A stretch of DNA of 64,000 bases from the human T2T-CHM13v2.0 reference genome, Homo sapiens, in NCBI RefSeq assembly GCF_009914755.1, contig NC_060926.1. One strand, given 5' to 3'. The notes below the pieces were generated by a model. That model did not search any database and had not been told where the DNA came from. It saw only the letters and a list, made by a program, of their open reading frames with translations. This document shows, in pieces, positions 1-14,860 of this stretch (positions are counted from its first letter, which is position 1; each line of letters opens with the position of its first letter). The translations under genes were made by a program, and so were the position numbers.

Positions 1-440
1 GGTGTGTTCCTCCCTTTCCCAATCTGTGTTACTCCTAGCAACTTCCACTCAAACGGTTTAAATTGAAAGCATCCTTAGTAACAACTTCATTCACAAAGAG
101 TCTGTGAAATTCTCTCTTTTACCAAGATGTAGGCTTTGGGGAGGAAAGAATTAGACAACTAATGTCAAGCGTGAGCTGTGTCAGGAGCCGTACTTCCTGT
201 GACTTTAAGCAACTGAGAGCACCAGGAACAGTGTGGTCCTTTGGTTTGACCTCCTGATACTGCAGGTGAGAGGAGACCTTGGCTCCAACTCTCTGAATCC
301 CTCAGTGGGATAAGATTTTCATTTTGAGGCCAACCGTTTGAAGGCCAGCTCCCACCTTTTGGCTTTCTAACGATGTCAGAGGCAGAAAGAGCACAGCTTG
401 ACTCTTGAATTTCAGGTTCAGTCCATTTCAGGGATAAGCA

Positions 441-484
441 GAAAGAAAAGAAGAAAGAAAGAAAGAAAGAAAAGGAAAAAAAAA
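441..484 (+). repeat. (GAAA)n / A-rich simple repeat
   Basis: gaaagaaaagaagaaagaaagaaagaaagaaaaggaaaaaaaa read directly. Confidence 0.9.
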
Positions 485-2054
485 CCCCTTTGGCTTACAA
501 AGTAAGAATCTTTGAAATGAAAGTTGTGCCGAGAGTAAATATGGAGCCTCACAATACCGTCTCTGGAGCCGCGTTTCAGAACACAAGGGCACTTCCTCTC
601 TGTAACAGAAAGCTAAGAGATGTCATGTTCCTTAATTAAAACGTATCTCAAGAGTCAGTGGGAGGCACCTGCACAGCCCCTACCTGAAGATGCCGATTTA
701 CAGAAAAACTTCCAGCCGTGGGATTCATACAAGGGACACACTGGCAATTGTGAGATTCTTTTAAAATCAGCTTCTGTCTGTCATACCTATGTAGTTACAA
801 AATCAAAGGGGATAATAAAGTTCAATTGTATATTCACAGTTTGATATTTCTATTGACAGGTCTCACACAGAAAAACGCCATTTCAGGAAACTCTGATTCT
901 GTGTCCCTCTATGAAAGGCACTAAAAGGCTCTCCTGGGTTGCAAATCCCCACCCAACAATCCCTGTAAATCTGAATCTATAAAGTGGCCCCATCAAGGTT
1001 CAAAGATGTCAAATTGGGCCTCCTCTCCCCAGGTTCTGTTTGTGATTTTAAAATATCCCTCTGATGGTGAGGGAAAAAGGAAACCACCCAGACCAAGGCA
1101 CAACTGGGTTAAAATCCCAGATCCTAAGTAGAGAAGAGCAGTTAACCCAACCATTACCATATCCCAGAGGGGAGATTAGAACCACTTCCAGGCACTGAGG
1201 TCTGTGTAGACCACATATGACCCTTCTCTCCATCCAGCTGCCCTCTCTTCTTCTGCAGAGGGTCTGTATCAACTCTCAATGTCCTTGTGTTTTAAAAATG
1301 TCAATATATTTTGCTACTGTGGGAATATTCTTCAGGGCCACTAGAAAACCAATATGCAGGTGCTTCTAATTTTTAGAGAAGATTTTTTCTTGAAAAATTG
1401 GGGTGTGTGTTCGGCTGGATTCAAAACGAGCAAGTCTGTTCTTGTAATACTGCATGGGACTAGGCTTATGCAAGAGCAGTGCACATCTGAATGCAAAAAT
1501 TAAATGGAGGAATTGGGGAGGGGGGAGAACAGGTGCTCTTTTATAAAGGCTAAATTCCATATTTACCAAACTGATTTGCATGAGGCATGTTTTCAATGAA
1601 AATATTGCTACTCATTTTGCTGCATTTGTGCAACAGAAACATAAGGATGGAGCAGAAGAAGGGTGCGGTTCTCAAGCTGTCTTCTTGTACCTACCCTTCA
1701 GCCGGCACTTACATGGCACATTTGGGAGATTAGCTCATAAAACTCTGACTTCCTACTACCAAGAGAGCAGGACTCTGGGTTTTTTCTGACCCCACGATGC
1801 AGCCTCTGGGTCAAGGTCATTTGTTCCATTGACTATCACCAAGTTAAAACACCTAAATTATCTCAAGAGAAGAATTATATTCCAAGTTAATTCCATGCCT
1901 TCTCTTAGTAATCTAAGCCAATGTTAATTCTTACTACCAAGAATGTCTTCCTCCTGTTTTAAATCTTTTACTTATGCTTTACTTCCTCCTATGTAAATCC
2001 AAAGTGAAAAAAATGCTTTCGACTGTATACATTCTCTCATTTACATTCTTAAAT

Positions 2055-2205
2055 CAACCCTCTGATGTAGCTACTATTACATCTCCATTTCACAGATTCC
2101 CCAGTGAGGAAGAGGCAGAGAGAGATTAAGACAATGTATCTGGGTCACCCAACTGATACATGGTACAGCTTTGAACTCAATCATCTGACTCCAGAGTCTA
2201 TATTC
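2055..2205 (-). mobile_element. MIR SINE fragment
   Basis: Core-like 'attacatctccatttcacagat...gaggcagagagagattaag...tttgaactca...ctgactccagagtc'. Boundaries approximate. Confidence 0.7.
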
Positions 2206-3784
2206 ACTTCACCACAAGATGCTACCCAGCAGTCTCAGATACGATCAGCTAGTGACACCCACCAGGGAAGCTCCAGAGAAATGGAACCCATACCAGAAAC
2301 AAGAGGCAGAAATTAGAATAAGGTTGGGTCAGCAAGTGGCTGATGGAAGGTGCTGGAGCAATGGTTGGTGGATTGCCGTACAAATATACATGTAGTCACT
2401 TGCAGGAGGGAAGGTGCCAGAGCCGGTATCCTAGATATTTATAACCTATGTATCCCCAGACTCCAGAGAGGGCTCTGACACGGCAAATCAAGTGGCCCTA
2501 TCTCTTTAGGCAGCTCCCCAAGGAACTGAAAATTTCCAGGTCACCATGGAGTTTCTGATGATCTCTGAGAATTTGCTCTGAAAAGGTCTTTGAGAGGTGA
2601 AGCTCCAGAATGCTTCATTCTTTCTTTGTTGGAGTCGGACAAACTCAGAATCAGTTCAGGCCTCAGGGGTTTTCCCTCTCTTAAGGACTTAGAGGATCCA
2701 GGCAGAGCCTTGGGTTTCAGGATAAGGATTGGGGCCACACACTGTGGTGTCCAACATTTTGGGACAGCAACTGAGATAATGCCCCTTCTTGGCTTGCAGC
2801 TTAAGTAGAAAACACACCGGAGGGCTACACACACACAGCGCACCCTTGAGGAGGCTGACAGCGTCAGTGTTTATGTCTGAGGCCAATGAAAACTGGCACT
2901 CCCTCACAACCCCACAGGTTTCAAACAATCAGCTCTTCTTTTCCAATGATTGTGGACTCATCTGGTTTGCCCCACCATTTTCTTTGTGTAGCTGTGGAAA
3001 CTCCATACCGGCTTGCATTTGCTTTGGTCAATGGCTCTTTAATCTTACATCTCTCTCTCTCTCTAGTATTTCTGTTTATACAAGCACCAAAACTTAAAAT
3101 GGTTACAGTGGACATTGGACAAAATCAGGGCTTCCAAAATCACCCCAAATTGACCTCTAACATTTCCCATAAATGTCCTTGGACCTTCACTAAATCACCC
3201 TCTGGGATTTCCACCTGGAACCTCAGATCCGCTTGGGGAAGGCTATTAGGAAAATGTTCTATGCTTGGAAATAAACAGTTTTGGGGAAGATTTAATCCCT
3301 CACTGGGGAAAAAACAAGCAGATAAAATCAGGGTCCTCTAACTGTCCATAATCTGCAACAAGTACAATTTTAATTCTCTGCATAAAATTTTTTTATTTTT
3401 AAAAAAGTAGGACTTCAAGTGTGGAGATATGGAATTCCTCAATCCCTGCAGCCCGCCTTAAAGACACCCGTTTCTGTGACCTACACAGCACAGGTTGTGA
3501 CCTGTTAATGTTGCTATCTGTATGCTTCTTAGTGGGAACTGGCAGATGGAGGAATATTATATATGACCAAGTAAAAAATCTGAAGAGTGAAACATAATTC
3601 AAGTATTTCCTTCTCACTGACTGACCTGCAGACATGAATTCATCATCCTAAAGGCAACCCCAGTGATTGCTTTCTCATTTGTCTTTCAGGAGAGATTCTC
3701 TGAATATATACGTTTGTGATGTATGATGTATGTTGAGATAAGTGAGGTGTTTTTCTTTTCACTAATAGCAGCATACTATATACA

Positions 3785-4015
3785 TTTCAGTGGTTAAAGC
3801 ACAAGCTTTGGACTCTGGAGTTTGGGTCGGAATCCTGGTTCTGCTGTATAGTAGCTGTGTGACCTTGGGCAAGTTACTTAACCTCTCTGGGCCTTAGTGT
3901 CCTCATCACAGAAACTGAGATGTACCATTAGTATGGTACTACTTCATATGACTTGATGATTAAATTAATTAACAAGTGTGAAGGATTTAGAACAGTGCCT
4001 GCAACATAAATGGTA
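3785..4015 (+). mobile_element. MIR SINE
   Basis: 'agtggttaaagcacaagctttggactc...gaatcctggttctgc...tagctgtgtgaccttgggcaagttacttaacctctctg...agaacagtgcct' matches the MIR core. Confidence 0.85.
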
Positions 4016-4019
4016 GCTT

Positions 4020-4510
4020 TCTTTCGTACACTATAGATCTTGGAATTTTTCCTATACTCGTTTGTTGAGATGTAGCTCTTTGTTTTTACTGGCTGAATAC
4101 TGCTCTATCATATGGAAATACAAAAGTGTATTTAACCCGTAGCCCATTGATGGACATCTAGATTGTTTCCAGACATTTACTATTATAAAGAACGCTAGTA
4201 CTACTGTGCATACATTCTAAAAGAATAAAGAATTCTTAGAAGTGAAATTGCTGAGTCTATTTCATTACACTTAAATTTTTGATAGACATTGTTAACCGTC
4301 CTTCCAAAACCTGTCTTTCAATTTATATTCTCAGCAACGACGTACAGGACTCTTGCCTATCACAACTTCTTGATCTTTATCAATCTGACAGGTAAAAATA
4401 GTTTCTTGAAGTTTACTTTTATTTTATTATAAGTGAAGTTGAGCGTTTTTTCCCAAGTGCTATACTCGTTTTTCTATTGGGTTGTTGGTCTTTTTCTCAT
4501 TGAGCAGTCT
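4020..4510 (-). mobile_element. Ancient L1 (L1ME-like) 3' fragment
   Basis: 'cccattgatggacatctagattgtttccag...agaagtgaaattgctgagtc...ttttctattgggttgttggtctttttctcattg' is typical antisense L1M 3' sequence. Confidence 0.7.
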
Positions 4511-5026
4511 GTTTCTTAAACCAGAGAGCCCTGAGTTACATATGAAGGCTTACGTGAATGATTGGATCTGCCTCCTGCTTGATCTCACTTAAAGTCTCAT
4601 TAGCCTGTGCAAAAAGGTTTTCACTATGGTAATTTTATTTGAAATGTTCAACAGTACAAATTTGATCACTGCAAGGATCCCTTAGCACTCATGCAACCTT
4701 ATCTGCCATGCTGAGGAATGAGAGTTTATTGCATCATAAAAAAGTTACCCTCTGCTTGTGTTAGGGAAGTATCAAAATTTTTATGAGCTCTTCTTAACTA
4801 AAGTTATCAATAAATAACACACAATTCTTGACGGGGCTAATCTTAGATTGATGTGACTTATTTGATAAATCAACACCATAAAGAAACTCTTGGCTCAGTG
4901 GTCTGATTGTTCAAGGAGGAAAGAAAGATTCCAACTCTGAGTTACTAAGTCAGACTCCAACAGTGAAAAATAGACTAGCATTTCAACCTTCTGAGAATTG
5001 ACCCCCGCTGGCCAAGGAATTACTAG

Positions 5027-5485
<459 letters not shown>

Positions 5486-6139
5486 AGGAAGCTACCCTTT
5501 TAAACAAAGCCACAGGCGATTCTGAAGCAGGTAGTCAAAAGGCACACTGGGACACTGAGTGTGCAAAAGCCATGCTAACTGAGTTTCAAGGGATACAACC
5601 TGGGAATTTCAAAATTTCAAGGGATACAACCCAGGAATCTTCATCGTACAGGCATGCCTGCTGACCCGCATGCACCCTGAAGTCAAAGAATCTCTGTGCT
5701 AGGGAGGCATGTGATTGTCACAGCTGTGAAGAGTCTGATGGAGTTGGAAGGATTTTTTGGAATGCGACCTCCAATAAATTTAGAATCCTTAATTATGATT
5801 AAATTAAAGTTTTCCTCATCCCTGCAGCTAGTCTTTGGGCTTTCAGCATCTATCGTACCTTGCTCCCCTATCCTCACCACCGCATGAAATTATAAGATGA
5901 ATGAATGACAAGAGATCTGTCCACAAGGGGAACTGGCCATCATGGGACACGGAGAGTGGTGAGGGGTTTCTCCCTGACATGTTCCTCTTTGATGTCTTGC
6001 CCTTAATTGGGAAAACACAGCCTGAAACTTCATCTGAGATGTTCCCGGCACTCTCCATTTCCTCATGGAGAATTCCTGTTTTGGAATAAGTAGCTCCACA
6101 CCTAAAAAGGAGACCCTCTTTTGAGAATCATCCAGTAAG

Positions 6140-6360
6140 GAGAATAACAGCTAACATCGAATTGTGCCAGGCACAGAGCTAAGTGCTTTTACATACGTTA
6201 TTACAATACTCCTAAGAAGTAGAATTGTTATGATTATTATCCCATTTTATAGATGAGATGCTGAGACTTGGGTAGGTTAAACAACTTGGCACAAGTCACA
6301 CAGCAGGTAAGTGGTAAAAGTATTTGAACTTGGTTGTCTGACTCCAGAGTCCCTACTTTA
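6140..6360 (-). mobile_element. MIR SINE
   Basis: 'tgtgccaggcac...ctaagtgctttt...tattatcccattttatagatgag...ctgagact...gtcacacagc...ctgactccagag'. Confidence 0.85.
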
Positions 6361-7119
6361 CTACTCAAGGGAGTGTTGCCCAGTAGTAGTTTCTGATCCT
6401 CATTAATTGTATTTTAGAGCTACTACTCAAAATACAACTGGAACTGGCAGCATGATTTCGTTGAACAAAAGGAGCTCAAAAATCAAAAAGCTCTGGAATG
6501 CTTCTGACCTTGATACCCTGTGGAAATCAGTTTCTTTTACTCTTTCTGACCGTATGTAAGAAGTGATGATGGTTTGTTAGGATACTTGTAAAACGATTTG
6601 GTCTGTGTAACTGTATATGCATGTGCAAACATAATGCAACTTAATAGTTTAAAATGGGCCTGGCAGAGGGATCAACCCAAAAGGTGGTAGAGATCCTTTT
6701 AAACCAGCTGTGCGTGTCACAGGGGAACTAGAATAAGCGTGGGGGTAGGATGCAGAAGGCTTGCTTCTCATCTCACCTCTGCCAATAACATGTATGATTC
6801 GGACAATTAGGTCACATTTCTGAAACTCATTTTGTCAATTGTAAAATAAAAAGAATCGATTAGATAAATAGTTTAAAATGTTTAACACAATAATATCCAA
6901 TATATTCTCACTATTTGAAAGACCTGAACAACATGACTGACAAGAAAGTCCTCATTGATTCCCACCCAATTCTTCCAATCCCGTGAGTGCTAACTACTGT
7001 AAACAACATGTTGCAGTGCACAGTTCCAGTTATTTTTATCAAACATGTATATTCCTTCACAAATATATAAACATTTCCTCATTGTTATTTTATATAAATG
7101 ACATCAGATTAGTAGATCC

Positions 7120-7290
7120 TATTCACTTTTTGAATTTCAAGAACCCAGTGAAAGCTAAGGATCTTCTCTCCCCTACAATGTACATGTATACAGCATTTTG
7201 TATAGAAAATCTATAAGGATATTCATGGATCCCTTAAAGCTCATCCATGGATTTCCTATCCATGCATTCTAGACTAAGAAACATGGACTA
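7120..7290. mobile_element. MER103C-like hAT-Charlie element
   Basis: 'tgaaagctaaggatcttctctcccc...attttgtata...ttcatggatcccttaaagctcatccatgga' resembles the recalled consensus. Confidence 0.6.
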
Positions 7291-7294
7291 GGGT

Positions 7295-7657
7295 TATCTT
7301 AGTCCATTTTTTGCTGCTATAACAGAATACCACAGACCAGGTAATTTATAAAGAACAGAACTTTATTCAGCTCATGGTTCTGGAGGTTGGGAAGTCCAAG
7401 ACATGGCACTGGCATCTGGAGAGAGTCTCATGGCAGAAGGGCAGAAGGTGGAAGTGTGTGAGACAGAGAGAGAAAATAGGGCTGAACTTGCCCTTTTTAT
7501 CAGGAACCCACTCCTGAGATAACTAACCCCGTCCCTCAATAACAGCATTAATCCATTCATGAGGGCAAAGACTTCCTAAAGGCCCCACTTCTTACTACTG
7601 TCATGTTAGCAATTACATTTCAACATGAGTTTTGGAGGGAACATTCAAACCATAGCA
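7295..7657 (-). mobile_element. MaLR solo LTR (MST/MLT1A family)
   Basis: Starts 'tatcttagtccatt...gctgctataacagaatacc', ends 'acattcaaaccatagca'; near 5-bp TSD agggt/agggc. Confidence 0.9.
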
Positions 7658-9243
7658 AGGGCTATCCAGTTCAGAAATTATGTTCTATAATATTAAGTAC
7701 AGAGCCATTCCATGTTTTTATGCTATGCTGACCTCCCCTCCCTCATTCCTTTTCACACAAGAACATATGCTTTGTGGATGAAGACAAGGATGATCTGTTA
7801 GTCAAAGTTGAACTCCCCTCCAATACAATAAGTAGCTCTTTTCTTTGTCTGCTGCTTTACTGGCCTGAGAAGCCCAAAGTAACCGGTGGCAGTACAACTT
7901 CAAGTTTCCTGGAGCCCTTACTGCAGCCCCTGGCACCTGGATGACTGAGAACAGAGCTGGCTGATATTCATATGAAGAGTCATACTGTCCACCTGGTTGT
8001 TGAAAGCCTCCTTTGTGAGGAGTGCTTTTTAATGAGCACAAAGATCCCATAGACTCAGCCATGGAGCTCTTCTGCAATACTCCCTCTCTCCAATGTTGCA
8101 GTTTTATTCCTTATGGGCTATGAGCTACCCAGCCCAGTCATTGCCACTGACCAGGAGTTCCTTCATAAACTTCCCTCATTTGAAGTGAACAGCCACGTGT
8201 ACTGCTTGAATCTCTCCAGGCTGAGAGAATATCCCTTCACTGCTGTCCTTCAGAACCATCTTGGAGTGAGCCTGCAATACAGCAGAAGTCCACTCTCAGC
8301 CAGCACAAATATATAATGCCAACATGTCAGCAAATTTGGCCTAAGTTCTTTCCTTTTCCTTCATTTGGACAAAGGAGGTTCCCAAGAGCACTTAGGTGTG
8401 GGCTGAGGGGGAGGGTTTGGTGCAACAAGGTATGCAATGTGGGAGTCTGGGCTACCTTTCCATGTAATTTACTTGTGCCTTCCCGACCTGCCTGGGCTAG
8501 ATCCTGAATGTATCATATCTGTTTCACAATGGATTGCTGCTGTGCTCCATTTTCCATGTCATCTTTCATTAACTCTCCCAATTATCAGTTTTATTAAAAG
8601 CATAACATGGGACAAATACTCTTGTAGAAAATTTATGCAAGAAGTTTATGCCAGAGAAAACACCTAGACTGAACACTTCATGTGAGAACTGCACTGTAGG
8701 ATCTGGCAAATTCTGGGCAATTTCAGCCTGCAAAGTTCATTCATTTATCCCACAACCACTGACACTTTTCCCCTTTTCCTAAATGAATGTGAAATCTTGG
8801 GGCGCATGGGCCTCTGTGTTTGTCCTCAGCCTGGAACTTCATTCATATCTAGAATGTAAAGTTGCCCCAGAATTTGTCCTTTGGTTATATCAAGCCATGG
8901 TTTCTTGTCCTTTCAGATCTGTGAAAGCCACTGGCTTGGCCCTGGCTTTTGCTAGTCACCCAAAGGCACGAAGTTGGTTCAAGAGTCCCAGGACACCTCC
9001 CCAGTGTCAAACTTGAGCTTTCAATGGCGGCCTCAGGCTGGTTTCTGTTTTGCCCCATCACTAATTCCTCTTGACCAGGGAGGCACTTTCCTTCCCCAGA
9101 TGGATTATCCACTGAGTCTTTCCTTTTCAGTCCTACATCACTTCTCTATAGCATGTCTTGCTAGTACAATCATATTAGAAGTACTGTAAGCATTTGCCCC
9201 ATTGATCATGCTATTAAAAGATGTTGCCATCTAATTCTTTGGG

Positions 9244-9552
9244 TTTTTTTTTTTTTTTTTTTTTTTGTGAAGGAGTTTCACTTTTGTTGCCCAGGCTGGA
9301 GTGCAGTGCAATGGTGCGATCTCAGCTCACCTCAATATCCGCCTCCCCATTCAAGTGATTCTCCTGCTTCAGCCTTCCAAGTAGCTGGGATTACAGGCAT
9401 GCACTACCATGCCTGGCTAATTTTGTATTTTTAGTAGAGACAGGGTTTCTCCATGATGGTCAGGCTGGTCTTGAGCTCCCGACCTCAGGTCATCTGCCCA
9501 CCTTGGCCTCCCAAAGTGCTGGGATAACAGGTGTGAACCACCGGGCCTGGCC
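9244..9552 (-). mobile_element. AluS (AluSp-like)
   Basis: Full dimer with poly(T); TSD TTGCCATCTAATTCTT on both sides. Confidence 0.95.
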
Positions 9553-10406
9553 ATTGCCATCTAATTCTTAAAAAGCAGAAAGCTAGCATGTAAGATTCTT
9601 CTGATACTTCTTGCTCTTAATGTTTCTCTTCTCCTGCTCTGACTTGGGACACTGAGTGGTGATTATAATTACTTTATAACACAATGTAATGGATTGTTAT
9701 AGCAGAATAAAATGTTCCAAAGGAGTACTTAATTCCATCAAAGCATCCCTTATCCAAGTTTGCTAACTTAAATGAAGAATTGTTAACGTATTCTCTTTCA
9801 TTTGTCAAATGTCCTTCCTGACCTTTCATTGTTTCACATTTTGAAAGGAAATTATGGTAAAATTGTCTGAGCCACCCTCCTCTGGATCCAGTGTCTTATT
9901 TAGTTCTGTATTTTGGGCTTACCACGGGCGGGAACTATCTACACAACCCAGATCCCCTTTCACCTAGGAGCCTACCAGAGCACGTGCAGGGGCAGCAGAT
10001 GTGTATAAGGGCCCCCATGAATCCGTTCATTTTCTCATTGACTCTGTGACGAACTCGAGGGGGCTAGCTCTGCCCTGTGGTCCCCTGGGCGCCTGACACC
10101 GTGTGCCTCTCCTGCTGTGCTCACAGACTCTTTGTTAGACTTTTCAAATATAAAAAATCACAAACTGATAAATATAAAAAAAAGAGCAAACTAGAGTGGG
10201 GGAAATGGGTTTTGTAGAAAAGCATCTACAGAATTTTAGGGTCTATCTTTAGGAAAGGGTAAAACTCCAAGTGACTGCGTAGTTCCAAGGATCTACCTTT
10301 TCTCTGGCATGAGGTGGTCAGAGAGGCTTCCCTGCGAAGGCAGGGCTTAGAAGGGTCTGTAAATGATGGGAAGGAATCAGAAGTAGAGGCAAACTAAGCT
10401 TTCTAG

Positions 10407-10747
<341 letters not shown>

Positions 10748-11391
10748 AACATTATAGTTTTGTGAGAGAGAACTAGATCGTTGGGGCTCTAGGACAGGAG
10801 TGGGAGGGGAGGTGGGGCAGATTTGAGAAGGGTGTGGAGGTCCTAGAATGTCACACGAGGTGGGTGGGATTGTATCCTGGAGAGGTGGGGGTTGGGGGGT
10901 TCTTGGATGATTTCTAAGAAGAGTAGCAGCATGACAAAGGGAAGTTCTGAGGAGGTGAATCTGCTGATGGGATATGGTGTGAACCTAGACTTAGGAGAGA
11001 CCCGAGGTAGGAAAGCTCGCCCAGGCATCAAGGCCACAGTGACTGGAACGGAAGGGAAGAAGTGAGTCTGAGGGCCATTGTTGTAGGTGTGTTCTTTGCA
11101 CAGCACCCTCACTTCCTGCATGGATGCTTCCATCCCCATTTCAATGGCCTCAGGGATTGGCTCCAGGGTGATGGCATTGGACACAAGCAGAACCAATTGA
11201 ATTTTGAGTCTAGAACAGGAGGAAGCCCGGGCATTTAGGCCACAGAGGTGGAAGATACAGGCCATCTTCAGTGCCGGGAGGTCAGATGGGAATGAGGCCA
11301 CCCCACAGGCAGGAGACTACTGCAACAATTTTATCCTAGGCATCAGGTGTGTTGAGCACAGTGACTAGCACACAGATGCATCTATATTTTT

Positions 11392-11434
11392 GATGGATGG
11401 ATGGATGGATGGATGGATGGATGGATGGATGGAT
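11392..11434 (+). repeat. (TGGA)n microsatellite at the end of an L2 fragment
   Basis: About 10 perfect GGAT units. Confidence 0.95.
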
Positions 11435-11497
11435 GATGCAGGACAGAGGGGGAAGTGTCAGAGTATGGACATTCATTGTTTTCAAATATGACATGTT

Positions 11498-11797
11498 GGC
11501 CAGACATGATGGCTCACACCTGTAATCCCAGCATTTTGGGAGGCTGAGGAGGAAGGATAACTTGAGTGGGGGAGTTTCATACCAACCTGATCAACATAGT
11601 GATACCCCTTCTCTACAAAAAAAGTTTTTAAAAATTACCTAGGTGGCCCTGGCCTGTAATCCTAGCTACTCAGGAGGCTGAAGTGGGAGAATCGCTTGAG
11701 CCTGGGCAGTCAAAGCTGCAGTGAGCTATGATCGTGTCCCTGCACTCCAGCCTGGGCAACAGAGCGAGATCCTGTCTCTAAAAATAAAAAATAAAAA
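11498..11797 (+). mobile_element. AluJ
   Basis: Diverged dimer with J-type 'ggaggata...gctgcagtgagctatgatcg...ccctgtctct' and A tail. Confidence 0.92.
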
Positions 11798-12149
11798 TAT
11801 GCACACAAATATAACATATTTGATTTTTACATACTTTATGAGTAAATTTCTGTCTAATCCTACCACACAATTACATCTATTCACTGCTGTGAAATTGGTA
11901 CCAATATTCATACAGGAAATAACTGAAAATACATTTCAGCCCCATTAAAAGATGGCACTGCACCGTGTGATCTGTGATCACTTATATTAGCACAGTGTTA
12001 CAGTCTTTTACCAAAGATTGTCAGCTGCTTGAGGGCCTCTTCTTTAGAAGTTTGCTTTCTTTTTTTTTTGGATGTGTACGAAACTTCAGTTGGGCTAGAG
12101 CAGCAGAAGCAAAACTTGCAGCTTTGTGAAAATACAGCCTCCAGAGGGC

Positions 12150-12678
12150 TTCACGGGTGGAGGAGTGTGACCATGGCGCCAAAGCACACAGCCCATGTCC
12201 TCTCTTGCCCTGTGTCACTGACACTTTTCCCATGCAGAACTGTGGTTCATACCCCTCCCCTTGAACATGGGTCACCTTTGACTTAGTTGCAACCAAGAGA
12301 ATGAGGTGAAAGTGACTTTGTGTGATTTCTGAGGCCAGGTTGGAAAAGGCAGGCAGCTTCTGCCTTATTCCTGCAACACTGACACACGGACCTCCTGCTG
12401 CCATAAAAGCAGTCTAACTGTCCCAAGGCCACCATGCTCTGAGGAAGCCCAATCTAGTCCACAGGGGAGAGCACATGAAGAAGCCTAGGGCCACAAAACA
12501 AGAAGGAGAGAAATGTCTGTCCAGCCCCTGGCTGTTCCAGATCCCTCACTGGGAGTGGGTGGTTCTGGCCACTGTCTCACTGCACCTGTAGAGAGAACTG
12601 CCTGATCAAGCCCTTCCTGAATTCCTGACCCACAGAAACCATGAGGTAATTTATTACTCAGAGATAATGACCAAAACA
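12150..12678 (+). mobile_element. MLT1-family (MaLR) solo LTR
   Basis: 'cccctccccttgaacatggg...gtgatttctgaggccagg...gccaccatgctctgaggaagccc...cctgaattcctgacccacagaaaccatgag...agataa...aaaca'. Confidence 0.75.
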
Positions 12679-14158
12679 TTCATATAGTCATTGGAAGGGG
12701 GTTTTAGTTACCATAGGATTTTCTGATATTCTGGAAAATTTGCCAGACCCCAGATCTATTTTGCCAACTCTAGAATGGACCCTTCCTCAGCATAATTGCT
12801 TTCATCTGTGCCAAGAAGCAAATGCTTAGGATATCTCACATAGACAGTTTAAGGTGCCTGGAGTATGGCCCTCTGCCTCCAAAAAGAGATATGAGAACAT
12901 ATATTAAACCTCTATTGAAAGATATGCTTCTGTGCAATTAGGAGGACTCAAATACTAATGTAAATTGCCTAGATTTGTTTTTCATCATTACTCTAACAAA
13001 GACAGAAAAAAATGAATTATTTATTATGTTAGCTTTAACTACTAGAAATGTAAAACAGTTACATATATACCAATGTGAGGCTTGTTATCATCTTAATTTT
13101 CCAATAACAATGAAAAATTTTTGACAGTGCACAGATTAGGCACTGAATAAATGTTCCAGTAAGATTACATTATGTAGCTTTTGTAACTCAATGTGGTGGA
13201 ATATTGCACTTTCCTGCCACTGAAAATAGAGTGAAATGCGGTTATTAGAATTATTGCAATATCTATATGCACATTTTCAAATATAAATGGCATACTATAA
13301 ACATAAATCATTCAACTCCACTGTGATTATGTTGAAATAATACAACATGGACATAAATGAAGAGAAATGATGTTGAACTGCCTTTACAGCTACAAGATTT
13401 AAACTTCTACCATAAAGATCAGAATTATAATTGGAAAACTGAGTAAATACTGTGGCGGCAGTTTTAACATGAGAAAAGTACCAATTTCTATGCAACTGAA
13501 ATTGTAGATATACATTCCTATTTATCTCACCAGGCACTTCCTTCACACTCACAAAATAGTCACATCACTAGCAGAAATGAGGTAGGATGTTAGCTTAAGT
13601 GGAAGATAAAATTTAAATCTGGCAAGGTGGGTAAAAACTAAGAAGAAGGAATGGTTTTGTTTGAAAGGCTCCAAATAAAAAGCAAAATACAGGGGTCCCT
13701 TAATGTACCATTATCTATATCAGCCCACACGAAATCAGGAGCAGTGGTACTTACATGTCAAATATATAGATTTTCTACATTTTTCAAAATGAGTGAACTT
13801 TGTAACCTCAGCTGCACTCCAGCTGTCTGACCCCACATGGCCACCACAACACAAGAGGGTGAAATAAAGACTAGGAAAGCGTGAAAATTGCTTCTTGTCG
13901 TGAAGGGACCGAGGCAGGAAACCAGCAAGGCCTGCTGATTGATTCCAACAAGGCCATTTACAGAGTCACCAAGGCTCTTGTCCCATTTTGCAACAGTGGG
14001 CAGCAATGAACATTCGGGGTGGGGAGGGACGAGAAGAGGAGAGGCAGGAAGCCCAAGAAAAAGGGTAAAAGCCATTCTGTGACCCTCTTGGCCTCACTGA
14101 TAAGGCAAATCATTTACAGCTGTAAAGAGCCCTGCTGAGCCTTCTAGAGCTTCTAGGC

Positions 14159-14860
14159 CAGCGGCTCTCAGCCCTGTCAAGCCAGCGCCAATGCCTGTTC
14201 ATAGGATGGATCTCTTATAATGCGCCCTTTACTATCTTAACATGAAATTCAACCTGCCTAGACAAAGAATTTTTTAAAGCCCATAAAACGGATGAACCAT
14301 AACATGAAGGCATATAAAAGGCAGTAATGAATAATAACATGAGATGTATTTCAATAGACAGATGCTCAGGCCTGGAGACTCCTATCAACTACATGTGGAA
14401 GCACCCTGAATGTGAGAGCAGCAAACAGACTTAGAGTGCTGGATTGTACCGGTGCATTCAATACTATCAGCTGTGTTGGAATTGGTGGTGCGATTTTCTA
14501 ATTGGGAACAACTTCTGTTCAAGTTCCAAATGAAACAAAGTGCAGCCTCCCTTGGTTTACACAATATCCCTAAAAAAAAAGAGCATTTCTAAATCTATAC
14601 AAAATACTTCATGCTTATGCATAAAAGGGTATATGTATTTTTAAAAGGTTGTCCATCATAGTTTCAGGTGATCACAGATGGTGTTTTACCAGTGTGAATG
14701 TCCATTAGGGAATATTTGAAAGTTGAGCAGAAGGCGTAGCAATTTTTCATTTCACAGGGCTAAAGCATCCAGCTCCCGACTCTCACTAAACGCCAGTAGC
14801 ACACATATACCCCATCCCTGCGGTCATTTTAGTGATGAATTTGTCCCCACGATTTTCCAA
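14159..14860. mobile_element. Probable old hAT-Charlie-type DNA transposon remnant
   Basis: Begins 'cagcggctctcagccctgtca...cccttt actatctt...atgaaattc', a Charlie-like terminus. Family and right end uncertain. Confidence 0.4.

Noticed and set aside
10800-10900. G-run cluster as a G-quadruplex
   Set aside because: Loops are long or irregular and there is no functional context.
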